NCBI GenBank assembly: GCA_013265495.1
Contig: MU062948.1
Location: forward strand, 124,001-188,000
Direction of reading: 5' to 3'
Length of the DNA: 64,000 bases
Origin: Vicugna vicugna
Lineage: Eukaryota
Every line of letters begins with the position of its first letter. Position 1 is the stretch's first letter. The translations under genes and the position numbers were made by a program. Below the pieces are notes generated by a model. It searched no databases. It was given only the letters and a program-made list of their open reading frames with translations, and had not been told where the DNA came from. Positions 1-11,249 of this stretch are shown here, one piece after another.

Positions 1-39
1 GTATATATATTGATACAAATTCATAACTTGAATAGTTGA

Positions 40-575
40 TGAGGAATGGGATATTTCATAGACTCAAAATATCTCTGCACAAAATATTAATTACAGAAAG
101 GAAAACAGTAACTTTATAGTGGTAAGTCAGACAAATGTAACTTAGTCAAGTGTTCAAAAGAAATAGTTAACCTGGAAATGGTTAACATCATCAGAGACAA
201 ATCAAAATCATGAGCCAACTGATATTATTAGGATAAAAAAATATAAAATTACTTCTGTGATATTCCTGCTTAAGATCCATAACTGGAATCTCTTCATGAG
301 GAAAGACACAAAACCAAACTGAAGTATACGTTACAAAATAACTGTCTGTACTCCTCCAAGGGATCAAAATAATGAAAGCCAAGGGAAAGATGAGAAACTG
401 TTTCAAATAAAGGAAATTCTAAATGCAACATGTAATTTTGGACTGGATCGTTCTGCGGTAAAGGAGCATTATTGGGACAACTGGTGAAACTTGAATGACA
501 CCAGAGTGTAAGATGGTAGTAATGTATCCACGTTACACTGTGCCTATATAGGACAATGTTCTTGTTTGTAGGAAA
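40..575 (+). mobile_element. Old L1 (L1MC-like) 3' UTR fragment
   Basis: Resembles L1MC 3' end motifs (aactttatagtgg..., aaaggacattattgggacaactggtgaaacttgaat, gttgatggtagtaatgtatc). Confidence 0.5.
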
Positions 576-639
576 TATAAGCCAAAGTACTCTGGCCATA
601 GCGGGCATTGTGGTGCAGTCGATCCTTAGCTGTCCGAAG

Positions 640-935
640 TCCTTCCTGAGAGACAATCCTCCTGGGGAGCTGCCTCACCTGAGGCCCTGCCCCCTGCTCA
701 GGGCAGTTCACATCCAATAGCTCATTTTCTCAGTGGTGGAGGCCCAGACCTCTCACCCAACTCAGGACAACACTGGAGGGTCATTCCTATCTCTAGAACT
801 CTCCTCAGGTTCAGCTAAGGCTTCCACTAAGATCGTATCACTTTACTTCTACCTCTGCCCGAATCTGCTTTCTTCCCTTCCCTTTCTAAGGTGAGGATTC
901 CAACAGCACTCCCGAAAAAACTGCCTGCCTTAGAG
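640..935 (+). mobile_element. ERVL LTR16-like fragment
   Basis: ggagggtcattcctatctctagaactc...cttctacctctgcccgaatctgctttcttccc resembles the LTR16 consensus. Confidence 0.5.
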
Positions 936-1544
936 ACTGCTTCTCAAGGAGCTTAGCCTGTGCCAGGGATGACAGGGCATCATGTCAGCTACTTACTCTC
1001 GAATGATTCAGGGAAAGGGAAAAAAGCTAACTGCTATACTTAATACTTTTCTATAAATTTTAGATTGTTTCAGAATTCTTTAAGTAATACAAAATTAAGT
1101 GGGGAAAGCACAGGAAGAGCAGGATGAAGAAAAGCAGAAGAAAAAAGTATGACAGAGGATTCTCTGAAGAAATGAGACTTAACCAATGGACAGCATATTC
1201 AAGGTTAAATGAACAAAAAAGAATATATCTATTCCACAGCATTTATTACTCAAAAGTGATCATTGCATAACTATAAAATCAGTGCTAATAATTCACATTT
1301 TTGGAATGTTTTTAAGAAGCCCCCTTGAGTAGAAAAAATGCTATGATAATTTTTTTAACCATAAGGTCTTTCTTACACATAAACATAAAATTCTGCCAGC
1401 TTACAAAATATGCCACATCTTACATTATCACTCTCACATCTGCTTGTCTGTTTCCTTTTGCAATTCAAGCATGCCAGAGTTTATCTACATAACTTCAACT
1501 CTTTTTCACCTTAAAAACAAAAACACCTGCTATAACCTTGCTAT

Positions 1545-1690
1545 TCAAAATACTGGTCCTGAATCACTGAATCACTAGGAACTTGTTAGAAATGCAGAAT
1601 CTCAGGCCCCCTCAAATCTACTGAAATAGCTTCTGCATTTCAATAAAAATCCCAGATGATTTTATGTGTACAGTAAACTAGTTTTCACTG
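1545..1690. mobile_element. MER5A-like hAT-Charlie MITE
   Basis: gaacttgttagaaatgcagaatctcaggcccc...ctactgaa...tctgcattt core. Confidence 0.7.
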
Positions 1691-2444
1691 TGGGCTACAG
1701 AGAGCTACAGAGTACTGCTCCCACCCTGACAGTGAAACAAAGTAAAACTAAATCCAAGTTTACGGCTTATTTTGAATCGGTAAGAGAACTCATGTCACAG
1801 AGCAATCAATTGGCCCTAAATCAAAAGAGAAGCAGGCCCTTGCAAGGACAGAGGGGACGTTAGCACTTGCTTACTTGAGACAGATGCAACCAGACACCAT
1901 AAGAAGAGTTCAGCTAGAATAGTAAGGGAACAGGTGAAGGCAGGGTGAGGGCTGGCGGGACAGTGTGAAGGCATTAGGGTAGGAATAAACTTGCGAGTCT
2001 GCACTTTCTTGCAGGTCCTTTCACCAGAAATTCCACCAGACACAAAAAAGGTTAAAGAGGGAATCCTAAGAAAATGTCCATTGTGGTATGGACCTAGAAG
2101 AGAGGAAACGCAGGACTGCAGAAGGGTCATGAAAAACTCTACTCGGATCCCTTTCTCAATCTCTTCTATGAGTCAGAAGCCTTAATCTGTGAGAAGGGCA
2201 AAAATATTGTCACTCTTAGGGCAGGTAAGGTGACCAACCATCCAGTTTGCCTGGGACTGTTTCAATTTTAGCACCGAAAGCCCCATATCCCTTCTCCCTA
2301 GCTCTTAGGCATTCTAATTTGAAAAATGAAATTTCCAGTCATCTTCTTGAATTCTATAAGCTTCTTACCAAAGAAAATGAAAAAACATTACTTGATAAAT
2401 GGCCTGTACATTTTCTACACAATGCAGCTAAAAACAGGTGGCCA

Positions 2445-3070
2445 CCTGGTCTCAGCCACCATCATCGCTAGCCTAGACTACTGCAACAGCTTCCCAAGTG
2501 GTCTCCCAGTTTATGCATCTGCACCCTCCAATCTGTTCTTCTACGGCAGTCAGGGGGCTCTTTAAATCCAACTATTTCACCCTCACGTTTAAATGCTTGA
2601 ATGGCCTTCATATGGTTTACCCAGAAAGGTCTTGATTGATTTCGTTTCTACCTACCTACCCATCTCATCCCATTCCACTCTACCCTCTGTTCATTACATT
2701 CCACTCATATTTGCCTTCTTTTAATTCCTACACTATGCCAAGTCTCTTTCTTAGGATCGTGGTATTTGCTTTTCCTTCTCAGAATGCTCTTCCTTCACCT
2801 GTCTGAATGGCTTCTTCAAAATCCTTTATTTTCAGCTTAAATATTACCTAAACAAAGGCCTTCCCAAACCATCTTAAGTAAATGTCCTTCTGTTTATTCT
2901 GATAGCACACATTATCCATAATTACTTATTTACTTTATTGCTCATATCTTTCCTCTCAAAAATGTCTCACAAGAGTATTTTGCTGAATTAATTCTCTGAC
3001 ATACCCCCAACATTCAATATTGTGCCTATTATATGGTAGGGAGAGTAACAAATAGTTGTTACATAAATAA
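2445..3070 (+). mobile_element. L2 3' fragment
   Basis: gcctagactactgcaacagcttcc (RLDYCNS-like L2 RT end) and a terminal aaatagttgttacataaataa tail. Confidence 0.7.
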
Positions 3071-5589
3071 ATTTTCAAAGTTTAGAAAGCTTTTTTATAA
3101 ATAGCATGTCAGATGTTTTAAAAAAAAAAACTCATTCAAAACTCTAAAGAAAACTTAGAGTAAAGGTTAGAAAGAGATTTATGACAGAAGTTCCAAATAC
3201 TAGTTTTCTGACTTTTTCAAAATCCTCTCACAATTTATAAACTTTTTTGCATATTGATTTTATTTTGATTTCCCTTAATTTCAAAGTAATAATGCCATAT
3301 TTGCTTTTGTATTGAATGTTGTATATTATGCAAACATACAGAAGACAAAAGATACGTTATCAGCACATGTGACTTATATTTAGCATTTGAGTTGTTACCT
3401 TTTTTTCCAGCATGTGTTAAAAATCCCAGGTATGAATACCCAGAAAGATGTAATAACAAGAACAGGGGTTTTAGAGTCAAAGAAAGCTAAATTAAAAACT
3501 CTACTCTGCCACACAGGTTTTAGGATGCTGGGCAAGCTCCTCTTAGCCTCAGCATCTCAGTCTATAGAATAGAGATAATTCCTTCTCTCTCCGAGAGAAG
3601 TAATTACATGAAACCTCACTTAATTAGCAAATATTCAATTATTTCTAAGTAACAGTAATGAAGATGGTGTTAGCAACAGCAATAGTGGTAGCAGTGAGAT
3701 GTCATCCATAAAATGTAACAAACATTATACAAAAGAAATTCAGAAGTTGTGCTATAAAATACCAGGCTGTTTTTAAAATTACAAATGTTTTAATAACACA
3801 GTGCCCTAAATAATCTATCTTAAAACTCAGAAAGAAGACAAAAAATATAAACTAAACCAAGTAAAGGACACCACTCTAATTTAAATTTCCCTGAAACTTT
3901 AAGACCAATAAAAAGAAATGCCTCAGTTAAGTACCTTTTAGGTGTTTAAAACAACAATCCTCTGAACATCCATAATCCTGATATTAGTAAAAATACACAC
4001 AAGATCCTCCAGGTGAGATCTGGAGTCAGAGATCAACAACAGCGTGACAGATGCAACTAGCTAGTTGGAAAGACAGAGAGAGTAGTGGTCCATGACCCTT
4101 AAGTGTCTATCCAGGAGCATAAGGGGTTCAGAGAGAGGAAGAGAGAGACAAAAAGTGAAAGAAAAATAAGAAAAAAAAAAAAACCACTATGGAAGAGTGA
4201 CAAAGAGCAGACATCAGAAACAATAACAGAGATACTAAGAAGCAGACCTCCTTACACAGCAGAAAAGTCTACCACAACCACAGGGAGGACAGAACAAAGC
4301 AGAATAGTCTGAGGGCACTGCAGGGGGGGGGGGGGGTAGAGGCTCAACACATTTCCCCAGCACTATGACACAGTCTGAAAAGCATGCCAACTGAAACAGC
4401 ACAGTGTTCTGGAGGCATTTGGTGTGATGACTAGTACATCTACAAATAGAAGTAAGTAGCCCCAAAGAAAATCATTGTATTAAAACACAGGATATAAGGA
4501 CTCTGGCATCTGGTAGAAGCTAAATTGTGCTCATTATACTTTTACTAAGGCAGAGAAAAAGGCAGTATGTTCCAATACATTGCCATCAAAAACCATCAAA
4601 GTAAATGTTTCAGAGGGTAAGAGGAATGACATTTTGTTACCTACAAAGTCCTTTGTCTAGAAGAGCCTCTCATTTACCAGATGGTTTGAGGTAACTACAT
4701 TATTATATTTCAACATGTAACTACTTGCTTTTATGCAGTTGTTTTCATTAACTTAAAGCAGACATAAACCTATGAGTCAAAGACAAGGCTAGAGTCCTAT
4801 AAATCTACATACTAATTAATTCAGCTGACTTGAGCAAGATGCTAGTAAAATCTGCACTCAGGAATTTAGTCCCTATTTGTTTCAGTTAGCTTTATCCTCT
4901 GACACACCAAAAAAGAAAAAAGAAAAAAAACAGACACGAGTATGCTTATGCAAACTCACCACTATTTTCAGAAAAATGAAAACAGTTGCCACTAATAATG
5001 GTTCAATATCAGATCATCCCCAACATTCAAGATTATCCATTATCTTTAGTCCCACCTGACCCTTTGGATGACCCGAGAAAGTTGCAGACTTTATATTATC
5101 TCAAGGTTCCTATCCACCAATTTGTTTACAAAAATTTGCCTGTCACAATTGCTATAAAAAGTCAGAAAATAGGAATTACTGAAATGAACACCACTAAATT
5201 ACTGGTGAATTAAACTACAGCAGTGTTTCACTTATCTGGAAGCCGTATTTTCTAAGTGTCTAATATTTAGAATTTAGTTAAAACTTAGAAGTCAAGGGAC
5301 ACCACAATCAAGGAAAACTGTTATACAAAGCTCATTTATTTGATAATGAGGTGAAGAATCTGATGGAAAAGTGAGGAATTACTCTTCCGTCCTTATCCAG
5401 AGACAAATAAATGTAAAATAAAGCAAATGAGCTAGAAGCAAAGAAAATACGCTGATAATAGCAAGTATCAGTGGATGACAGGAAAAGAAGAGAGACAAGG
5501 CTGAGGACTGAAAAAAAAACAAAAACAGCAACAGCCTTTTCTGTTTATATATTGATATGAAACAGAGCATTCCATACAAAGCAATGGCC

Positions 5590-5837
5590 CTCAACCAGCG
5601 TTATTTTGCTAACTTCCTCCCCTTCCTGCAACACAATGTCACCTCCAGGAAACATTTGGCAATGCCTAAAGACATTTTTGGTTGACAAAACTCAGGGTGA
5701 GGAGAGTGGGAAGGTACTACTGGCATCTAGTGGATAGAGGACAGGGATGTTGCTAAATATTCTATGTGGAGGACAGCTGCCACAGCAAAGAATTATCCAG
5801 CCCAAAATGTCAATACTGCCAAGGCTGAGAAATCCTG
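5590..5837 (+). mobile_element. MER20 DNA transposon
   Basis: acatttggcaatg...gacatttttggttg, ctactggcatctagtggatagagg, aagaattatccagcccaaaatgtcaatactgccaaggctgagaaatcctg. Confidence 0.85.
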
Positions 5838-5966
5838 NNNNNNNNNNNNNNNNNNNNNNNNNNNNNNNNNNNNNNNNNNNNNNNNNNNNNNNNNNNNNNN
5901 NNNNNNNNNNNNNNNNNNNNNNNNNNNNNNNNNNNNNNNNNNNNNNNNNNNNNNNNNNNNNNNNNN
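5838..5966. other. N-run (129 nt)
   Basis: Direct reading; begins exactly at the MER20 end. Confidence 0.99.
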
Positions 5967-6129
5967 GCACTCAGTGTAAGAACGTACGTTCAAAAGTCTT
6001 AAGAAAAGCAAACTATCAGAAACCTAATATGTTACTGGTATGCATTAATACAAAAAGATATAATACAAAATGCCCTACAGAAATGATTAAGTTTTTCAAT
6101 GTACCAATATAAAGGAACAAGCTACAGTT

Positions 6130-7030
6130 AATAGTAATGGTCACCTACACGGAATATCTCCTAATTTCTCTTCCCTTGGCTCTAGACTGGCCTGAGTGAC
6201 TTGCTTGACCGATAGCTTGCAACAAAAAATGGTGTCCTGGGACTCCCAGGGCTAGGGCATAAATGTGTGTGGTAGGCTGAATAATGTCCCTCAAGTATGT
6301 CTACATCCTAATCCTCCAACCTGTGAATACATTATCTCATACGGCGAAGGCGAGTTTGCAGATATGATTAAATTAAGGATTTTGAGAGAGTGAGATTATC
6401 CTGGATTATCCAGGTGGGTCCTAAATGTAATCATGAGCATCCTTAAGAGAGAGGCAAAAAGGACAATGAAGAAGATGATGTGACAATGAAACGGAGATTA
6501 GAGTGATGTGGCCAGGAACCAAGGAATGCCAAAAGCTGGAAGAGACAAGGACCAGATTCTCCCTCCGAAGCCTCCAAAATGACAGAGCCTTGCTGACACT
6601 TTAATTTTAGCTCCTTAAGTCTAATTTTGGACTTCGGAGTTCCAGAATGCTAAGAGAATAAATTTGTGTTGCTTTAAGACACTGTATTTGTAATAATTTG
6701 TTACAGCAGCCATAGGAAACTGACACAAAGTCTTATAGCTTCTACCTAGCTCTCCTGGAATATTTTCTCTGGGAGTCCTGACCCACTTTAAGACTGTCAT
6801 ACTAGTGAGATCACATGCATCTACTATGCCCAACAGTTCCAGTTGAGCCCAGCCTTACAGCCATCTCCAACAATGTGCCAGGCAAGTGAGTGAAGCCATC
6901 TTGGACCCTGTGGCCAGCTCACCTGCCAGCTACTTACCGAGTGATCTCCACAGATATCACATGAAACAACAAATTATTCACCCAAGTCCTGCCTATATTC
7001 CTGATCCACAAAATCATGAGATATAATGGA
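6130..7030 (+). mobile_element. Older MLT1 (G/H-like) MaLR LTR interrupted by a younger MLT1
   Basis: MLT1-type text on both sides of 6268-6727 (gtgacttgcttgacc...; gagtgaagccatcttgga...ccagct). Confidence 0.55.
6268..6727 (+). mobile_element. MLT1C/D-like MaLR solo LTR
   Basis: TG start tgtggtaggctgaataatg; core gattatcctggattatccaggtgggtcctaaatgtaatca; end ggaaactgacaCA. Confidence 0.85.
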
Positions 7031-8009
7031 ATGTTGTTGTCATGTATAACTCTGGATCTCAAGTTATATGTTACATGATGATTAAAGATTATTAAGTAGA
7101 AATATATCCATTTTATAATGGAAGAGAAAAATCCTATTTACATTACCTGTTTTCTAGGCAGTAATCCCTAGCTATGTAAGGCTATTCCAACATGCCCAGT
7201 AACTCTATAAAGTATTCAGAATTAAGCTTATTGGAATACATTGCCCTAATTAGGTTCTTCCCATATTGGTAAAAATAACTTGTTGTAAAAAAGCTTCATT
7301 TACTTATCCAGGCCCAAGAAATAGAAGCTCTCAGCTTATTAGGGATCTCTAACTCCTCCTGATTCTATTCATACTTCTCCTCATTCTGGTTCTTCTCCTT
7401 TTGCAGGGTCTAGTTGGGGCTACACTTTCCTTTTACTATTTCAGCCAAGGCACTGAAATATCTTTATTCACAAATCTTAATTTAGAGTACGAAATGTTTT
7501 CTTGCCTTCTTTCATATTCTCTTTGAGCAAAAGCCAAGATTATCTCCAATTCATCCCAGAGGCTAATAGTTAATGCTGCCACTTTCTTACATAAACCTAT
7601 ACAAAGGGCTGAGAAAAATGGGGATACTCTTGTTAAGAGTCCCTAGTGGATGGGAATTCCATAAAAAAATCTTACTTGTTTTTAAGTATTCTAAATATGG
7701 TATATGGCAAGTTCTTAAAATGAAGCTCCTCATCCTCCCTTAAGTAAATAATCGCAAAATGTGGGGAGCTACAAGATTAAAGTTTAGAATTATATGGTGT
7801 ATCTATATGGATGTACATAAATGGTAAAAAAAAATTAAAACATACAATTACCATTTACACAGAGAAACAAAAAAATGCAAGCTGATTAAGATCTAACACT
7901 GATAGAAAAACTGCTCTGTTCACCTCAATATGACATCCCTTATCGCTATATGTAAAAACAATCTCATTTTAAAAACACCTTAAGTACACATTCAACAAAA
8001 AATAATCCT

Positions 8010-8480
8010 TAAGAAGGTCCTTTTTCCACCTCCTGGTTTTCACACCCTGTACAGTACCCTCTCACAATGTAAGAGGGCAAAAGAGGATGGACTATCTCTT
8101 CTAAGACTGGGTCATAAAAGACTGTGGCTTCTAGCTTAGGTTTCCCTCTCTCATCACTTGTTCTGGAGGAAGCCAGCTCTATGTCTTGAAACACTTAGGC
8201 AGCCCTGTGGAGAGGCCCACATGGCAAGGAATTGAGACTTCTAGCCAACCCCCAGGTGAGTAGAACTTCTTAGAACTGGTTCCTCCAGCCCCAGTCAAGA
8301 CTTCAGATGATGCAGCCCCAGGTAGAAGCTTGATTACAACTGCATGAGAGATCTTGAGCCAGAAATATCTCCCTAGGCTGCTCCAGAACTCCTGGTCCTC
8401 AGAAACTGTGACACAAAACATATTTATGTTAAGCCACTATGTTTTGGGGTAATCTCGTACAGCAATGTATAACTAATACA
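8010..8480 (+). mobile_element. MLT1E/F-like MaLR LTR
   Basis: ggagaggcccacatggcaagga, ccagccccagtcaagacttcagatga, end taactaataca. Confidence 0.8.
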
Positions 8481-11249
8481 ATGAGCACTGCCTAGCCTTT
8501 AAAAACCAAATTGATGTTTTTTAAAAGTCTTTTCAAATAAGTATAAATAGAAATAGTAATTACAAAAATTGGAAAACAAATTTATTTTAAAAATTGTGAC
8601 TAAAATTAGAAGGCAACAGTAATAATATCAGCTTGCCAGTCCTACTTGTAAAAACAATGAACCAACAACACACCAGCAGAAGAATATGGACTGTTTCTAG
8701 AAGAACTGAGAGCCGGTTGAGCAGATAATTTGAGAACACAATATCAACTTTTTTAAAACTGGGGAGGAAATTGGTTTGTAATTTAAAAACCATGGTATCT
8801 TACTTAACTATAACAAAACATCCCACAAGGTCTGCCTTATCTATTACAAATTGTTTCTAAAGCTTTATCTTGTCACAGACTGTATCAAATGTCTACTGAT
8901 AAATACATATGAAAGATAAGGGCAAATATACCAAATTTCAGCAGTAGATTCCACTTCCATTTCAAAACATGGATGATTTATTTTCCAGATCCAAAACACT
9001 TCATTAGATTATACAAAGTACACTTTCCAAGAACACGAAGATTTCCTATTATAAAAAACAGCTTTTTTAACAGAATTTATTTCATCAGAAAGTGCACTGA
9101 ATACACATGTTCAGTGCATGGGTCAAATATTAAAAAGCACTTAAAAAGCAAAATAAAAGAAAAACATGGGAGGTTTTCATTTGTCTAGGGCAAAAAATTG
9201 ATTTCAGAAATGGAATAAGCTGCATGCTTTCTCAACATAATAAATCCTCTTTACCTTAAATGGTTAAAGAATGAGGTAATTTACTGGTGATGATTCCAGT
9301 TACCTCCACAGAAACTATATGTATTGATACTGAAAACAATGAGGAACACTAAGACTGTACTAAAAATTAAAGCATCATCGTCAGTGTCATTTGAGTCGAA
9401 GGGCAATAATTTAGTCATCAACACTGGCAAAATTTAGTTGACTTAAACTCTGAAGATTTTTAGCTTATAAACAGGATAAGCATTTGACTACCACAGTTTC
9501 CCATATCTTTGCCTATTTATTTTGAACAAAGACTACTTAAATTACCAACTTCTCTCATACAACTTATGTATTATTAAGCTTAATTGATCCTAACTGATCT
9601 CCATTGACTGAAGTTTATATGTCCTTTCCAAACTATTTAAAACAATGTTAAATTTTAAAACATTGTCTTCTTTTGAAAATGTACCATCCCTACCACAAAA
9701 ATACTAGCATGTGCTAAAATAAAAACATATGACATAAAATTTATCCGTTTGTATCACATGACAAGCTTTTCAAGAACTGTCATAAAATCATATTAACAAG
9801 GCCCTCCAGTCTTGTAACAATGTTAATGCAGAATTTCCAAGAAATTACTTAGAAAAGGCCAAATGTATATTCAAGTAGTCATGCCCATGGAGAAAGATTT
9901 CCTAAAATTAATGCTTCTTGCATGACTGTCTTTACACTGTTTTCCAAGGAGTACATTTTCAGAATTGAACATTTTAAAACCACACACTGACTGCACACAA
10001 AGCTTACAAATATGCTAGTATTTGATTATGACTTCATATAATATCATGATTACATATTTAGTAACTGAATTGATCACGATGTTACATTTTTCCTGTAAAA
10101 GCATTGTGGATAGAGGATGTGTGGAATCACCCAATTCTATAAATTGGTCCACAATTCCCTGAATTGAGGGAGGGGAAAGCAGTTAAGAGGTACAACTAAT
10201 AAAAAGTTTCTGAAGAAGTAGTTTAGAAAAACCATACTTATATGAGATAGATAATTCTTTCCTCCATTCCTGTACATAGACCAAAGAAGCACTTTCAAGT
10301 GCCTCCGGCAAATAAAATGTCTTGTTCCAAATATATGTGCTCTTAACTTTAGGAATCTATGGAATGTTTATGAACCTACCAATCTTGAGGCAGAGGACGA
10401 GGAGGACACTTGGAGGAAAAAACAAACTTTCAAAGACATCAGAATGTAATATAAAATAGTAGCAATTTATTTCGTCTGTATCGCCGTATTTAACTAGCAA
10501 AAAATATTTTAAGACTGAATGATTTGATCATTTGCTCCTTTCATCCTTTTGATTTTCTGACTTTTTAGCTTTTTCACTTGGACTCAAATTCTGACCTACC
10601 AACATTCTGCACTAGTTTTAAAAATATCCTCTTTTAACGTGTTAGCTTAAAAATAGCTTTGCTTTCACTATTCCAAATTATTTTTGAGCAGAAGTCTGCT
10701 TTTTATTGTAGAGCCACAGATTTCCAGAAAAAAAATACCTTCTTATCTACTGCATTCTTTCATTCTCTGGGGAAACCACAAAAACTGGAGTTTAACTTGG
10801 GCACCACCAAACCTGTGACGGGCTTGCAATAATGTTATCTGCAGTTGCTGGTTTGATCCACTCTCCCCATTTCCCAGGAAAATGTTTCATTCAGCTGCTT
10901 AAATGAATACAATTTAGAGGTGTGTACAAACAAGCAGCTGAGAGCTTCTCTGCCTTATGAAGCAACATCCCATCCCTTCTTTTGGACCCCCTTTCATCTT
11001 CGTTTGATAACCAGTCAAGAAAAGTTTCCGCCTGTCTCTTGGGTATGTAACACTTTGAAAGGTACGGCAAGCCACCTGCATGGCTGCAAGTTCACAAGAA
11101 AGCAAGAAGGGCTTGGGGACAGGAAGGCTGGCCCGGTGTCGGGGGTGGGGGTAGGGAGTGGAGGGGACAAGCATCAAATCTAAACAAAATCAAATCAGCA
11201 TTGGTTCTGAACTGAGGCTAAGCTCCAGCTGCTGAGGCTGGGGAGCAAC

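Noticed and set aside
2435-2448. Perfect 14-bp palindrome CAGGTGGCCACCTG (paired E-boxes)
   Set aside because: It lies at the edge of an L2 fragment, and one such palindrome in 64 kb is not clearly above chance.
4323-4336. G14 homopolymer
   Set aside because: Simple mononucleotide run with no supporting context.
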